Assembly: GCA_040954595.2 (NCBI GenBank)
Contig: CM082591.2
Location: 9,441,309-9,505,308, forward strand
Source of the DNA: Balanoglossus misakiensis
Lineage: Eukaryota; Animalia; Hemichordata
DNA length: 64,000 bases
Reading direction: 5' to 3'
The translations under genes were made by a program, and so were the position numbers. Below the pieces are notes generated by a model. It saw nothing but the letters and a program-made list of their open reading frames with translations. It did no database searches and was not told the DNA's origin. Shown here one piece after another: positions 25,500-38,954 of this stretch (positions are counted from its first letter, which is position 1; each line of letters opens with the position of its first letter).

Positions 25500-27662
25500 G
25501 ATCTTCCAGGATGTGATGGCCATGCCGCCTAAATAAGCATCATATTCAAAATACAAAATGTAATCTTTCTTCACGATTTATTGACTATTACATGAAATTT
25601 GATGGATTGACATTTCTTTCCTGCATTTATAGCGCAACTCGTAAAGAATCGGTGTTTCAGATAGTATCACCGAAGCAACAGTTACCAATAGTATTACTGC
25701 AAATAAGAAAACAAATAACCACAGAAAATGTGATATTCATAAATGTAATTGGTATTAAATTGATTTATAATCTGTGAATATCATGTTCACTTTGTGTTAG
25801 CACTAATATTTCTTTGCTGTCGTCACAACAAAAATGAGCGCACATCTCAAGAGATGTGTGGATTATCAATTACAAAATTATATTCAACGAAACTTAAACT
25901 ATAGTGGGGACATAAATAGGAATATTGTGACCTGAAAAGTTTAATTTAGAGTGTATCCAAAACAAATAAAGAAATAATTTGTACGTTGATTGGTTGGTTG
26001 CCGGAAGTTGAATTTTCAATACAATTAAAAAATGATTGGAACTATTTTTGGATAATTGCGTACTGATTAAATGCGTACAAAACGATTAGTGGTATTCTGC
26101 CATTGTTTGAACAAAACAAAACAAAATGATCAATATGTTGAGTGTGTAGGCTACATGTACTTTGTTGAGTGTTCTACAGAGTTTATTACCATGCAATTAT
26201 CCCAAAATAGTTCCAATCGTGTTTACTATTACTTATGTTTATTGGCCAAGACTACTCCCATATAACAATGATGGGCATTGGTGGAACTGGTTGCATTGAA
26301 TGACAGTCATTGGACCCATAATTTTTTAAAGACTTCCCACAACATATAGAAATAATCACCACCATAGGAGAGTATAACCAAATCAAGTGTATATTATAAA
26401 TACACTTGACTGCGGCTGGAGTTATTGACATTATATTATTATAAAATGACTTTGATGACTGTGTGGCGTATCAGTGTCATTTTTAACGAAACAGCGTCAG
26501 AAAAAGTTTGCGCTATGTTGATTATATTAGAATCACAGGATTGAGCTCTCGTCCAATCTGAATGGCGGATGGTAGTGTGATATAACATAATATATTATAT
26601 TCCATGTATTGTGAAGCATCTATCGTGTAGCTTCATTTATATTTCATGCTATAGTGACCAACGACAGTACAAAGAAAACAGACGAGAACTACATGTGACC
26701 CGGATTTTTGTTTTTGTTGATATATATATATATACAAAGATAATGCTTAGTTTCTGATAGTTCATTGACGGTGGTGTTCACAAAATGACTGTCCAGTATT
26801 TGCATAATACTATACGTATTTGCATGCGAACTTTGACCAGGTGTAAGGCGCCCTCAAGGGGCAAAGAGACACAACCGGTCTCTTTGCTGACTTGGCCAAT
26901 GCGAGTAGGTTGGTAATATTTTTCTCTCCCTTTTAAATCGCCCATGCAAGCGTTAAATCATTGCCATCCACCCCTATAATTGAAATATAATGATGTGTTA
27001 GTGTTTAAAGAACCATCATCTGTAATATTTTGAAAGAATGTTAAGTGATTTTTGCTGCAAATGTGTGAATATTGGACTCGAAAAGCACTTTATGCGCCGT
27101 AGTATTTTCTGTTAAGTATGCTCTGTATATCTTCTTTGGTTTTGTAAGTATTGTAATTCTTTTTCTCTCTCTTTGCTGACTTAGCCAATGCGAGTATCCA
27201 AGTACAGATGGAGCCGCTGACCAAAGAAATAAACGTCATGAACATACATTAATGTGTGTCGGGTCAGTTATAGCTGTGTCCCCTGAGCGAATGGGTTTGA
27301 AATTACACAACGCAATGCCAAACGACAACGCCATTACCAAGCCTACAGAGGGGGTCACATACATATTAATATCGGCCTACATTTTCTAAAATATCATGTC
27401 ATTATGCAATAACTTTTCTTATATATTATCTTGTGGAAAATTTAAAACTTCACTGTTAATGGTTTCCGATTGGTATACGTCAGAGAATTTAAAATTTGAA
27501 CAAGTCCAACATAAGAAAGAGATTGGTAATAATAATATTTAGTAACGAATATTTCAACACTTGTTCCAGTCATTATTATGACAAGACGTAAACAGCACTT
27601 TATTTGGAACAAACACACAGATCGACATCGACGTAAATGGGTGGAAACCATTCTAAATAAAC

Positions 27663-28240
27663 AATTATATTATATCATGCTACCGTCTGCAATTCTGATT
27701 GGACGAGAGCTCAATCCAGCGATGCTACAATACTCATAATGCACTGCTGGCAGTGGTAAAACGGGCCCCTGAACTAGCATGCGGCGCCAGCAAAAGTGTG
27801 CGGTTAAACCACAGTCGCGCGTGTTTAAACCAAATAAATAAAACAAAAATACTGTTGAATTAACGGACGTTTTATTTTGGAACTGTTCTGTGGAAATATT
27901 TGTCACTTTGCCACGCGCGATGCCCGTCTTGTCACTTTTTGTCGTCTGCTTCGTGTTTAATGCTCAATCCCGGCTGGATCCCGGCCGCTCGTGTTTACAT
28001 TCATCGTCGCCATGTTGGTTCACGATCGTAATTTCTCTTTCTGACGCCGTTTCGGTAAGAAAATGACACTGATATGCCACAAAAACAATTGTTGATATAA
28101 TATAATAGCAATAAAACACCCCAGCCATGGTATACCACTCGATTTTGACCAGTTCAACTCCATATACGCTCGTGCGTATATGTCGTGAACTGGTCAAAAT
28201 CTCGTGGTATACCATGGCTGGGGGTGTTTTATTGCTTAAA
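27663..28240. mobile_element. Non-autonomous hairpin-terminated element (Crypton-like), copy 1
   Basis: Absent from the paralogous repeat at about 33790, so it is an insertion. It ends in a 130-bp hairpin (28107-28236). Decayed relatives lie at about 14148-14290, 26440-26590 (-) and 44425-44770. The Crypton label rests only on general architecture. Confidence 0.6.
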
Positions 28241-29099
28241 TAACTTCACGGGATGAAACCATATAAATGATATCACGTTGATAGAGAATCCCCGAAAATT
28301 TATGCATTTGACGACCAAAATTTTTAGGGGTTGTCTGTCTTTTCATATTTATATCGTGTCGACTCTTCATTTTGCTCAGTTTGGAAGCGTTGAAATTGGA
28401 CAAAAATATAGCATTTCCGTTAGTTGTTGAAAACGTTGTACATGTGCGACAGTTGTCCTTTTTAGTCGCCTACTTTTGAAATTACTTTGTTCTGTGTATC
28501 TGTATAAGATATGCTAATATTTTAATAAAGTCAATATAACATATATAACTAACAATCTGAAATCAATCATACATACTATTCACGTCTGGTTTGAGGTCAG
28601 CAAAGGTCATTACCCGCTCATGTCTGTTTGAGCTCAGGCGCAGGTTACAAAAATCTCAGGTACAAAACAACACTGACAGAAAAGTATGAAACATTTGTCA
28701 TGTTTTCTTCGTCAAATTTTTCATATAATTAGAATTGTAAACGGAGCGTGTGGGTGTGTGAGGGGGGGGGGGCGTAGACGTAGATATCTATAAATGAAAA
28801 CAAATACCCTCAGCCATTTTCTGCGCCTGGCTTGGATAACATAGAGAATAAAATGCTTAAAGGGGTATTTAAAGTCTCTCTCTTGTTGCCCATTTTTCCA
28901 TTAATTATGTTTGACACAAGACACCATTTATGTTAATGTACATGTATATGTATATGTACATTAACATCAGACATTCAGACGTACATGTAAATTTTAATGG
29001 AGAAGCGTTCCATGGTCATGTTATCCTTATGCAGACCACCTGCATTGTATCACCTACAAGAAGTGTTCGTTACTTCTGCCAATTCCGATGGGAATCTAT

Positions 29100-32000
29100 T
29101 TACACTTTGTTTGCCATGGGCTTCTGTATGGTGATATAATGAATAAGAAAACTCTTAGGGATTGTATAATCATCTGGCCAAATACCCTTTTCAGACATGT
29201 GTGATACAAAGTCATTATTAATATTAGCTGACAATAACATCAGAAGGTTGTAACAGATATCACAGGTATAGGCCTTTTCTATGATATCGGGTGGGCAGAC
29301 CAACTTTCCTCCCCCAAAGACACCAAATTTGAGTGTGATTCTTTTTAATCCAGTATGATCATCCTGCATTACCTGGTAGGTTGGTAGTAATAAATCAGTC
29401 CCAATCAGCTTCTGATCTTGCCAATTGGGGCAAAAAGTTCCCCTATATATAGGAAAACTCAATGTGAACTTCTTTAAAGTTGTATTGAGAGAGAAGGCCT
29501 GCACAAGGGATTTAAGCATAGGCTTCACGGACCGGCATTCATCCCATTTGTCTTGTACACAAGAAGTCAATGTTTTCAAATGCCTGTTTGTTTTGATGAC
29601 TTCGCTTATATGAGCAATGTCACCAAATGTTACTGTCAGCTCAAGTTCTTGAAATGTGGTATTTATCATCATACTATCAAGAACGTTTGACGACAAATTC
29701 TTACTTGCTTGACATACACTCTTTATCTCTCCTTCAAAACATAGAGTAAGGGCTTTCAGATTATGGCTGGGCAGCTGCACTGCACTGCCTAATGCCTTGT
29801 AATATTGCCTTATATTGGCAAGGTCTATCGGGACACCAATGTGGTACCAAGCTAATTTGATAGTGTTTTGGCAAGTTTTAATAAAGTCATCCAGTTTCGC
29901 CAGATTTGGCAAGTCGTGCATATTTACAACAATGAGTTCTTTAGGTCCACTGCTTTTCAGGGATTCATAGGGAATGACATCTGAGACACAGTTGTCTCTT
30001 ATACGCATGCGTAATACTAATGCCAATGAAGTAATGCATTTTATGAAATTTCTCAAATCTGCATGTCTTCATCACTATAGAGTGTCACTTTAACACTTAA
30101 TTTCTGTACAGCAGCTGTTTCTAGAAATGCTGTTTTCAAAATTTCCAGCTTCTGTATGCTCACTAAGTCAGAGATAATTACAAAGAGCCATTTTAAAGAG
30201 ATAAGATTTTTCTCCAACACATTTGCTAAAAGAAATAATTGATCTTTGTTCGTTTCGTCAATATCGATCTGAATACAATGATCAATTGTAGGTACAATTT
30301 GCCTTCTCTTTTCATGTTTTAAAATATTCAATACCACCTCAATAAAACAATTGTAGGATGTTCCAAGACAACAGAAAACTTCTTTTGAAACAAAGAAAAT
30401 ATCAGGTGTTACTTCATAGGACAGCCACATGCTTGTTATAGACGCCAAATACCATATTTTTTCTTAAAGAAAGGTAAAATAAACTTGACAAAGTCACAAT
30501 AAAAGACACTCTCATGCAACATGGTAATATACCTACGAAGCTTCCTTGCAATGCTGTAACAATCAGCATTGTCATTACATGGTGTTTCACTCCCCACCTT
30601 TCCAAACGCTTCAAACAGAGGACCTGCCTTGGCTTGAAGTTGGCCAGCTACAAACAACAGGACCTGAAAACTTTTTTGGACATCTTCAAGCAAGTGATGG
30701 AAGTCTGTAAACTAATTACACTCTTTGACACACTGGGCAATGTGCAGTGCAGCAAAATACCCCTGCCATGTTTTGTGACAGAAGAAACACAGTTTCCTTG
30801 GTTTCGAGCGTGAAATCCCACAATCCCGAACAAGCAACCCTAAAGACAATAGCGATTCCGATTGCTCACGTATGTCTGACTCATTAATCAGTATCTTATC
30901 CTCTTTTAAATTAACATATGCAATACACGCTAACTTATTCACTTCATTCATAACATGCTTCGGGACTTCTCCATCAACAAGACTGATTTTCATCTTTGCA
31001 CAGTACATTTTCAAAATGCTCTGCAACATTTCAGAGTACAAATCAGTCACTCTGGTTGGAAAAACGTCTCCAATTTGATGGTCCTCCCAGAGTACACACA
31101 ACAAAGTTACATGTAACGGATTACAAAGGATGTCAACAAGATTGTATGCACTTACACGTAATCTCAGCATAAATTTGTTAACTTCTGTTTGATTCTGTTT
31201 GAAGTACTTTAGCATGTAAGCGTCAACATCATCGACTGTAAAACCTTTCACTTGATAATGCAAATCACAATCTTTCAGCTGTCTATCACATTCATGGGGT
31301 CTTGTAGTGGCAACCACTGTACTCCTTATAACAGTAATTTCTTGGCAATAATTCTACTCATCTCCGAATTCTCCTTCATACCGCTGTCCATCTCATCTAA
31401 GCCATCACAGACAATAAAACAGACTCTTTATTCTCTGATAAAATCTTCCAAAGCTTATCTTTTGAAATTTTGGCATCATCTGGAAGCAACTGATCGTATA
31501 TAGTGGCTGATATGGACGACTTCTCCATATGCCTTGCCTCTAGTAAAAACGCCAACTTGAACTGGTCTAACTTTCCACAAGCCCAATCATAGGCTACTTT
31601 CCTGCAAAACATAGATTTGCCCATAGCTGGTGCTCCTTCAATTCTGATTATTTTGCTTTCTGCCTACTTCCAGATAATCCAAAAATTTCATTTTCAGAAA
31701 TAGTCTATGCCTGTTCAGAGTTTACGTTTTCTTTTATGACTTTACCCCGTTCATCAACTTCGACCACTTGTAGCCGTGTATACACATCACTCAGATAGAG
31801 GGAGAAGTTGTCATTCCATGGTAATGGTTGGAACTTGATGAAATGCTCTCTGTATAAATCTTTGAGATGCTGTATCAGCCATTCAACTCCACAAGAAGTA
31901 TCTATAAAACAGCAACAAAAATAAGAAATATTTTAGCTATATGGGGAATAAACCAAACTGAGCACAATAAGACACCGCAAAAATATTTTTTAGATCAAAA

Positions 32001-33364
32001 GTATGTGTGTCTCCCTTCAAATATGCAAAAGTACCTTTTACGTAAAGGACAGATTTTCTGCTTTGATGTATAATTATTGATAAGAAGATATAAAGTACCT
32101 GATTGACATGTACCAGTAGAGCTGTGCTGGAACTTGTCAACATCTTCAATCAAATCAATTCTTCCTACTTTTTTAGCAAGGCTCTCAACATCTCAGTGTT
32201 AGACTCTGTTTTACCAAGGCCATGAAGATGTCAATGGGATCCTTTAACTGTTTAAGTCTTCCACGGGGAATTTTGCCGATGCATCGACCTTTCATTCCCT
32301 TGAAAGTATCTGGAAATTAACCACACAAAGACAACTGCTGATGACAAACTTCAAATTTCTCTGTTGTATGATATTGTTGGAAATAGGAAGGTCTAATAAC
32401 GCCTGTGACCCACTAGCCTGGTCTCCATACCAGTGGTTTTTTTTAGATATATAGGAATGCACACACTATATATCTAAAACACACTGGTATGGAGACGAGG
32501 GTTGTTTCACACGGCGACAGTATCTACGACTCAGAAAAGGGCGGAATTTTGGCATGGAACGGGTGGTATCGATGCTGATCTGTTAATACAGTTTTGCATT
32601 TGTGTGAAACAAGGCAAAGATCTTCTGAACTTCAAAAGGCGACTGCGCCGTGACCTTTTTGACAGGTATTCAATCACCTTTACCGTACCGGTGGTTCCGC
32701 TTGTTTTAAGAGTAAACATACCGTGGCTGTTATTGGTAAGCACTGTAATCCGTTTGCTCAATTTCGGTTAAAGCATTCGGATAATGGAAGATTACAAACA
32801 ACAGGATTAATTTCTACAATCACGGGGGAGACAAAATTTGCTACTGTACCACGAATAACGCAATGTATTTCTCCCAAAAACAACCATTTACCGTCGAATG
32901 AAGCCAACTGCACATGTGCTAGTTACATATGAATAATTGTTAACAACTTTATTACATATTAACAATACACTTCGCATGACACTGTCAAAGCCAAGGAGAT
33001 CAAATTGTCATAACAGGGTTATCGCAAGTTAAACAAAAGGGGCTATAAACCCCAGAGATTTCAAGTTCACACACGTATGCAAAACACCAATCTGATTAAA
33101 ATCAGATGTAGGGAACGGCGACGTGTTATTTTTATGCTGTCGCCTCAGGCAAAACACCATTTTTAAGTTTCTCCCCATACTGGTTTATACAGCTAACACA
33201 CGTATATTACTGTGTAATTGCAAGCATTGCCAACGATAAAAGACCTTACCATTAGTTATTTCATCCGCAATATTGGCCAAGAAATCAACAAACGGGTCTA
33301 TTTTCTGTCTCTTGGCATCTGACTTATCACCTTCCTCCTGACTACTTCCTTGTGCCTCCGCCAT
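29100..33364 (-). pseudogene. DED-NACHT (NLR-type) innate immune receptor pseudogene
   Basis: Exons 33364-33250, 32309-32114 and 31901 to about 29100. DED-like DPFVDFLANIADEITNDTFKGMKGRCIGKIPRGRL...GRIDLIEDVDKF; Walker A EGAPAMGKS; Walker B FIVCDGLDE; ATTRP; NPLHVTLLC; FFCHKTWQGYFAA; degenerate Leu-rich C-terminus. Several frameshifts and stops. Confidence 0.88.
32421..32496. repeat. Short hairpin / mini-MITE in NLR intron 1
   Basis: GTCTCCATACCAGTG...TTTTAGATATATAG-loop-CTATATATCTAAAA...CACTGGTATGGAGAC. Confidence 0.7.
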
Positions 33365-36246
33365 GATGGAATCGATGAGATTTAACCTCAGTATACTGCC
33401 AGCAAGTGCCCGTTGTTAAAAATCTTTCCTTTTCTCATGTTTTTGTATTTGTGCACACATGCAAGTCGTCTCTGTGTTTTTTTTTCTTTCTTTTTAGGCG
33501 CCAGTATTCCAGTATGTGATCGACTATATTGCGACGTAAATTGGTAAATTGTCTATCAGTCTGAAGCCCCTATGCGTACACTGGGCTTCCTGGATGTTTA
33601 ATACTGAATGGCAATGCAGATTTCAATCAAGTCCAACATTCGAAATTGATTGGTAATACTAATATTTAGTAAGGAGTATTTCAACACTGTTGTTCCAGTC
33701 ATTATTATGACAAGACGTAAACAGAACTTTATTTGGAAAAGACATACAGATCGACATCGACGTACATGGATGGAAACTATTCTAAATAAACGAATAACTT
33801 CACCGGATGAAACCATATAAATGATATCATGTTGATAGAGAATCCCCTTGAACATTTATGCATTTGACGACCGAATTTTTTTGGGTTGTCTGTCTTTTCA
33901 TATTTATTTCATGTCGACTCTTCATTTTGTTCATTTTGGAAGCGTTGAAATTGGACCAAAATATTGCATTTCCATATAGTTGATGAAAACAAAAAATTTT
34001 GTACATGTGCGACAGTTGTCCTTTTTAGTCGCCTACTTTTGAAATTACTTTGTTCTGTGTATCTGTATAAGATATGCCTAATATTTTAATAAAGTCAATA
34101 TAACATATATAACTAATATTCTGAAATCAAACATACATACATGTACTATTCACATCTGGTTTGAGGTCAGCAAAGATCATTACCCGCTCATGTGTGTTTG
34201 AGCTCAGGCACGGGTGACAGAAATCTCAAGTACAAAACAACACTGGCAATGTATGAAACATTTGTAATTTTTTCTTCGTCAAATTTTTGCCTATTAGAAT
34301 TGTAAAAGATTTTCCTTCTCCTTTGCGAATATCATGACATGTGTACATTGATTGGTTATCGGCATTATTTATTCTGAATTATATTATATCATGCTACCGT
34401 CCGCAATGCTGATTGGACGAGAGCTCAATCCAGCGATGCTAAAATAGTCATATAGCACTGCTGGCAGTGCTAAAACGGGCCCCTGAACTAGCATGCGGCG
34501 CCAGCAAAAGTGTGCGGTTAAACCACAGTCGCGCGTGTTTAAACCAAATAAATAAAACAAAAATACTGTTGAATTAACGGACGTTTTATTTTGGAACTGC
34601 TCTGTGGAAATATTTGTCACTTTGCCATGCGCGATGCCCGTCTTGTCACTTTTTGTCGTCTACTTCATGTTTAACCCTCGATCCCGGCCGCTCGTGTTTA
34701 CATTCATCGTCGCCATTATTACGGCTGGTTTCTCATGATTGTTCATGCATCGGGGAATCTGTAGCGATGAGGTATCGGGCTCTGACGAGAACAGTGATCC
34801 ACGGAGACACGTATCTGATTCACGTTCATTTATTGTCCGGAATTATATAGTACATCAAATACGCCCAGTAAAGTACATGAGGAAGGGAACGAGCTCAGTA
34901 GCCTGAGGTACTCCCATCTCCCGTTAGATTATTCTTCCTAACTTTGGAAACAAAGTTCTCTTATAATTACTTTTCTCAAGGCGTGGTTAATAATGTAAAA
35001 TATCACAAATACAATGTGTTACAATTTCATTGGGCATCAGTCAACTCTATACGTACCAATTTACATAAAGTGTTATATAACAAAGTCAGTTCGGTGATGA
35101 TTGACAATCAGAGCAGTCAGGTAAACACCCGCTCTCCCTATCTACTTCAAATACATAAAATCAAATACTATCAAACATTGACATTCCCGAGCTCTGGCTT
35201 AATTAACCCTTGAAATCGTATTTGACCTTTATACAGATCGTAACACTCCCCTCCTTTTAAACCAATGCGTCCCGCATTGGACACAAATCTCTTAAAGAGC
35301 AGTACACCAAGGGTAATCGTTCAATTCCACCCCAAGAATATATAAGATGTACCGTATGATTTTGAAATGTAAGAGTACAATATATATAACAAAATTGAAG
35401 TAAAATATTCGAAAAAATCGAGTCATGCCTATGAAGTGATCGTCTTGAAAAATTACAAAATTACAATACAAAAATTACTACAGAATAAAAGTACATATAA
35501 ACTTAAAATAGTATGTGCTCATAAAACCTTCGCACACATATCCACCTACTAATATAACCTCTAATAAAATCGCAACTCCTTCTGTAAACCCATAAAACGT
35601 TGTATCCATCATTCAACACAATCTGAATATCTGTTGTCTTATTGACTCAAAAGAAACTCTCTTGCATTCTTTTACATCGAACGATCATCCGACATTCCTT
35701 ATTCTCGAGTTACGTCATGTCGGGCAAATTCAATAACCTTTAAAAATTTAAAACTGAAACATCTTAGCGTTTTGTCAAAAATCCACTCTTTACAACTTCG
35801 AAAATGGCATTTTCTTCATTCGAAAATGGGATTTTCTTTGGTTTCTTTATACAAACACATAGCCATTAAAAGGGGCTATTTACACAAATTGGACCATCTA
35901 TTTTAGGTCATCAAACGAAAGGCAAATTTAACTCACAACATTTTTCTCCAATGTTAAAATCTCTGCAACTTCAAACTTCACTGGTAATTTCTTTACAACT
36001 TAAATACATCAACACATTTAAACAGAGTGACACGGGAACCAGGTTGCACAGCACTTACAACTAAACTCAGCAAACAATGGATAATAAAATGTCATTCGAC
36101 AACTTACGTAACATTAAACGAATCAAGGGACACGCCAATCGTACACTCACTCATACAGGCCGGCATACACTCATACCTCTCAGTCATATTCAAATATTCA
36201 TTTCAATCAACCACGTGTCTCCCTTTTCCGTTTTTTTTTCTCTCTG

Positions 36247-37116
36247 TTACGCATATTTTGAACAATTTCTAGCTATATGATCGTAACGCCCACAATTAAA
36301 ACATGCACGGGAATTAAATTGACTATGTCGAGGAAAACGTTGGGTAGAGTGCCCAGTAAAATCATATCTGTTCCTCTTTACCTTATAGTCTATTGTTCGT
36401 TCTCTTGCTCTGTAATTCGGCGATTTCTTCTCTCTTTTTGTCGATCGTCCTCGATGATCTGCCGCGCTTGATTTGGTCTTCATTTCTTCATCTTCTTGTT
36501 TCATCTCGTCAATCCGTGTTGAGATTTGTTGTAAAAGACCCGCTTCTGGCTCGTCTGTCTCTGGTAATCCTGCCACGACCTCTGCTGTTCGAGCATGTTT
36601 GTACGCTGTTTCGAAGTCCTTAGGTGACATTCCCGCTACGAACTTTAGTATGTCCGGTCTCAGTCCGTTCATGAAGAAAGATAGTAGTTCCTCATCAGTC
36701 TTTTTCGCTTTTTCTGCTTTTTCGCATATTAATTCCGCATATTGTTCAACAGTCTGGTCCGGCAGTTGCTTCAGGCGAAACAGTTTCTCGTCATACAGCC
36801 ACATCGGACCGCACTTATCAAAACGAGCGAGGAAGACATTTTGCAGTGTCGTCAAGTCATTTTTCTTTTCAGCAGACAGTCTGTAGAACCATCGCTCCGC
36901 TTCACCAGTCAAATATAGTCCGATTCCTTTAAGCCGTTTCTCGTCTGACCATTGCTTAAAGTCAGCAAAGTCTATATATTTTTTCCACCATCGGTGTGCA
37001 TTCTCAGTCTCTGTACCCGAAAAGAAACCTGGGCCTACCTGACCTCCAGCTCTGAGTGTAACCTGTCGTATTTCCGATAATTGACTGTTCATGTCGTTTA
37101 GCATCTCGCGATCCAT
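36247..37116 (-). CDS. gag: Gypsy-type Gag (capsid domain plus CCHC zinc knuckle)
   Basis: Open frame; first ATG at 37116 (the ORF track starts at GTG 37179). Motifs FSGTETENAHRWW, YLTGEAERWF, LKQLPDQTVEQY, FMNGLRPDI, and knuckle CFNCGRYDHIARNC. Confidence 0.92.
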   Translation of the reverse strand: MDREMLNDMNSQLSEIRQVTLRAGGQVGPGFFSGTETENAHRWWKKYIDFADFKQWSDEKRLKGIGLYLTGEAERWFYRLSAEKKNDLTTLQNVFLARFDKCGPMWLYDEKLFRLKQLPDQTVEQYAELICEKAEKAKKTDEELLSFFMNGLRPDILKFVAGMSPKDFETAYKHARTAEVVAGLPETDEPEAGLLQQISTRIDEMKQEDEEMKTKSSAADHRGRSTKREKKSPNYRARERTIDYKVKRNRYDFTGHSTQRFPRHSQFNSRACFNCGRYDHIARNCSKYA

Positions 37117-37175
37117 GCTGTAATCTTTCCGCTGGACGTCGCCGTTTCTGTCTCCGATGGATTTGTTTCGTCTAC

Positions 37176-37191
37176 CCACGTATCTCCACCA
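37176..37191 (-). promoter_or_regulatory. Primer binding site, probably tRNA-Ala
   Basis: TGGTGGAGAT begins 2 nt after the 5' LTR and is complementary to the ...ATCTCCACCA 3' end typical of tRNA-Ala. Confidence 0.7.
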
Positions 37192-37953
37192 TGTATTACG
37201 GCTGGTTTCTCATGATTGTTCATGCATCGGGGAATCTGTAGCGATGAGGTATCGGGCTCTGACGAGAACAGTGATCCACGGAGACACGTATCTGATTCAC
37301 GTTCATTTATTGTCCGGAATTATATAGTACATCAAATACGCCCAGTAAAGTACATGAGGAAGGGAACGAGCTCAGTAGCCTGAGGTACTCCCATCTCCCG
37401 TTAGATTATTCTTCCTAACTTTGGAAACAAAGTTCTCTTATAATTACTTTTCTCAAGGCGTGGTTAATAATGTAAAATATCACAAATACAATGTGTTACA
37501 ATTTCATTGGGCATCAGTCAACTCTATACGTACCAATTTACATAAAGTGTTATATAACAAAGTCAGTTCGGTGATGATTGACAATCAGAGCAGTCAGGTA
37601 AACACCCGCTCTCCCTATCTACTTCAAATACATAAAATCAAATACTATCAAACATTGACATTCCCGAGCTCTGGCTTAATTAACCCTTGAAATCGTATTT
37701 GACCTTTATACAGATCGTAACACCATGTTGCAATGTTGGTTCACGATCGTAATTTCTCTTTCTGACGCCGTTTCGGTAAGAAAATGACACTGATATGCCA
37801 CAAAAAACAATTGTTGATATAATATAATAGCAATAACCCCCGCCTCAGTCAGGTATACACTCGATTTGGGTACAATTCGCTCCATATAGCACTCGCCTGA
37901 TGGCTCGTGCTATATGTCTCGAATTGTACCCAAATCTCGGGTTATTGCTTAAT

Positions 37954-38073
37954 CTTTACGGCCCTGATACGGGTTTTGCGGCCCGAGGTCGTACGGCGGA
38001 AGCGCCCGACCGCAGGGAGGGCGCGAATCGCCGTACGACCGAGGGCCGCAAAACCCGTATCAGGGCCGTAAAG
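37954..38073 (+). repeat. 120-bp GC-rich hairpin, probable end of another Crypton-like element
   Basis: 30-bp perfect outer stem, CGAG/CGAG internal loop, inner stems and a CC-GCA-GG tip. Confidence 0.8.
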
Positions 38074-38954
38074 GTTTTATCATATGCCTTTTTGAAAGAT
38101 AATCTACAAGAAATTAATAAAAATACACATTCTGTAATATTTTGGAATGTAAATATTACGTTTTTATCTATCGTTTTGAAGTGATCAATCCCGTAGCATA
38201 GAGCCGTATTCCTCCAGTTCTTGCGGAGTGATATGCACGATGCCATTTGTTTACATTCTATTGCGCGTGAGATATAGACGCGCTCGAACTCACACAGTCG
38301 AGCGCGAGCAAAACATTATTTTTTCTTCGCGACGATCGACGCTGACAGTCACACATTAATCAAATCAAATCATCAATTTTACTATTCATATTTCCAAATA
38401 AAGCTCTACAACATGCAGCGATTGTGGAAGAGGATGTGATTCGGTAGCGGCATAGGACGTACACACACTGCAAGTGCACTAGTCACTGACACCACACCAG
38501 AAAAATTAAATTCAGAACGTAGCAACGGCAACTTTCGAATCTCGCGCAATAAACACAAAACTAGTTCCGGATAGTGAACGCGTCTTCCAAATATGGTCAC
38601 CGGGCCGGGGCGTGATAAGCAAAAAAACTGCACGGATGTGAGGGCGCTTTCCCCCATAGACTTTACATGGGCACGTGAATATAGGCATATGATAATACAT
38701 ATTAAAACATTTCCATGACCCGTACATGACCTTCCAACCCGTGCTGTCAGTATGAATGCGTCAGGTTGTCTAAATGCTCTACAAACACCCCAAAACTTAA
38801 GTGCACCTGTAGTAATTTAATCACTAAACTCAATTAGAAACTTGAAAGTTAACTAATTTTCAGGCGAAATTTTACACATTTCCTGTCCCAAAATGTTGAA
38901 TTCGACAACCACATACAAGGATATGGGGTCACGCGGGGTCATGAAAGTGACTAG

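Larger units (their letters stand above)
27490..34305 (+). repeat. Pair of about 0.7-kb direct repeats (27490-28740 interrupted, and 33625-34305) bracketing the NLR pseudogene
   Basis: Collinear blocks such as GTTCCAGTCATTATTATGACAAGACGTAAACAG and TTTGAAATTACTTTGTTCTGTGTATCTGTATAAGATATGC occur in both copies. Boundaries are approximate. Confidence 0.85.
34717..37722 (-). mobile_element. Gag-only LTR retrotransposon, recent insertion
   Basis: Two 529-bp LTRs (34717-35245, 37194-37722) with no difference seen by eye, and TSD CCAT. PBS TGGTGGAGAT follows the 5' LTR and PPT AAAAGGAGGGGAG precedes the 3' LTR. The 1948-bp interior has gag and no pol. Confidence 0.95.
34377..37950. mobile_element. 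Hairpin-terminated element (Crypton-like), copy 2, interrupted by the LTR element
   Basis: 34377-34716 and 37723-37830 closely match 27663-28107. Terminal hairpin at 37829-37949. Confidence 0.65.

Noticed and set aside
34944-35213. Identical 89-aa ORFs at 34944 and 37421
   Set aside because: They lie in the twin LTRs, antisense to gag, with a non-ATG start.
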